DNA from: Polyangiales bacterium
GTDB lineage: Bacteria; Myxococcota_A; Polyangia; Polyangiales; Polyangiaceae
DNA: 24,383 nt
Direction of reading: 5' to 3'
Assembly (NCBI GenBank): GCA_038230375.1
Contig: JBBRNJ010000109.1
Span: forward strand, 1 to 24,383
The notes under the pieces were generated by a model that was given only the letters and a program-made list of their open reading frames with translations, was not told the DNA's origin and did no database searches. Below, in pieces: positions 23,438 to 24,383 of this stretch (its first letter is position 1; each line of letters starts with the position of its first letter). The position numbers and the translations under genes are program-made.

Positions 23438-24383
23438 ATGCGCTCGGTCATCCTGGGTTTGTTGGTGGCGGGGCTCGGCTCTGGATGTGGGTACAAGGCC
23501 ATCGACGCGACCCAGGTGCAGAGGGTCCAGCTCCGCAACGGAGAGACCAACCTCACCGTGTGCGGCCTTGGCGCAGAGAAGCTCCCCGGCGTCACGGCAA
23601 GAATGGCGGATGGCAAGGAGCGCGTCGCTGGTGGAGAAGGTGACAGCGGCTTCGACCCCACGGAGCTCGCGTGGACCTCCACCATTGGCACCATCTCCGC
23701 ACCAGAGCGCGGCGACGCGGCCTACGTTCCTCCCGCGGACATCACCCCGCTCGTCGACAACGACGTGAAGGTCTCGCTCGCGTTCGCGAAGAACGCCAAC
23801 GCACGGCTCGAGCTCGCGCTGAAGCCCAGCTTCGCGTGCGGTGTCGTCTCGGAGTTCAGCATGCCGGAGGCGCCCGCAGGCGTGGATGGCACCGAGGGCA
23901 ACGGCGGCGACACCGGGCGCTCTGGCGGCAACGGCGGCAATGGCATGAATGGAGAGAACGGCGCGGACGCGGCGCCGCTCAACGTCTACCTGGTGGTCGT
24001 GCAGAACGCGAAGCGCGGCAACCTGGTCTACGCGTCTGTCGAGACCAGCGACGGTCTCCACGCGGGCTATGTGTTCGCGGCAAAAGGCGGCAGCCTCACC
24101 ATCGTGAACACGGGCGGTCCGGGCGGCGGTGGCGGTTTTGGTGGGCCCGGCGGCGCTGGAGGCTCGGGCGGCAAGAACTGCGGCAACGGCGGGAACGGCG
24201 GCAAGGGCGGCCACGGCGGAGCCGGTGGCAACGGCGGACGCGGCGGACAGATCACGTTGCACGTCGACGCCGGACACCCGTAGATCGAGCAGCTGGTCAA
24301 GACCGACATACGCGGTGGCGCGGGCGGCAAGGGCGGCAACGGCGGCGGCGGCGGCATGTGGGGCGGTCGCCAGAGCAACAAGG
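23438..24383 (+). CDS. Glycine-rich (GGx repeat) lipoprotein interrupted by an in-frame TAG at 24281-24283; 3'-partial
   Basis: Lipobox GSGC; GGN/GGK/GGA tracts; the frame continues after the TAG as IEQLVKTDIRGGAGGKGGNGGGGG… to the window end. Confidence 0.75.

Noticed and set aside
24281..24283. Pyrrolysine or genome-wide TAG recoding
   Set aside because: No pyl genes in the window; TAG is a normal stop for the genes ending at 6457, 19244 and 23010.
23438..24383. Mycobacterial PE-PGRS or true collagen
   Set aside because: No PE domain; a lipobox is present; repeats are short GGx blocks rather than long Gly-X-Y runs.

Overview
High-GC chromosomal segment (judged by eye, not computed), most likely from a myxobacterium (Polyangiales-like). 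The evidence is many Cys-rich lipoproteins, DAG/PT linkers, GRP-ferritin fusions and sigma54-like sites. It starts with the 3' end of an ISAzo13-family IS and holds about 26 genes, about 11 of them predicted lipoproteins. Recognisable products: membrane spermidine-synthase-like SAM enzyme, DUF2809 protein, seven-repeat lectin-like propeller, FKBP lipoprotein, aldonolactone-oxidase-family flavoprotein, MFS transporter, metallophosphoesterase, LysR regulator, TPR proteins, PhnB-like VOC protein and a phage-tail-lysozyme-type lipoprotein. The best candidate for an undescribed system is three ferritin-like di-iron domains with all six ligands intact, each tied to a Cys-rich lipoprotein module. Two are fusions joined by a conserved GRP(L/F)VVDGxARxA junction. 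The third is a split pair: a CC-rich lipoprotein ending CTPWGPPVPP plus a signal-less di-iron protein, behind a LysR gene and a perfect T-N11-A dyad. Three genes carry single lesions (a frameshift near 270, a missing start near 23300, an amber codon at 24281), and one of them is absent from the ORF track. No rRNA, tRNA or CRISPR array was seen. All family calls are motif recognition by eye; no searches were run.
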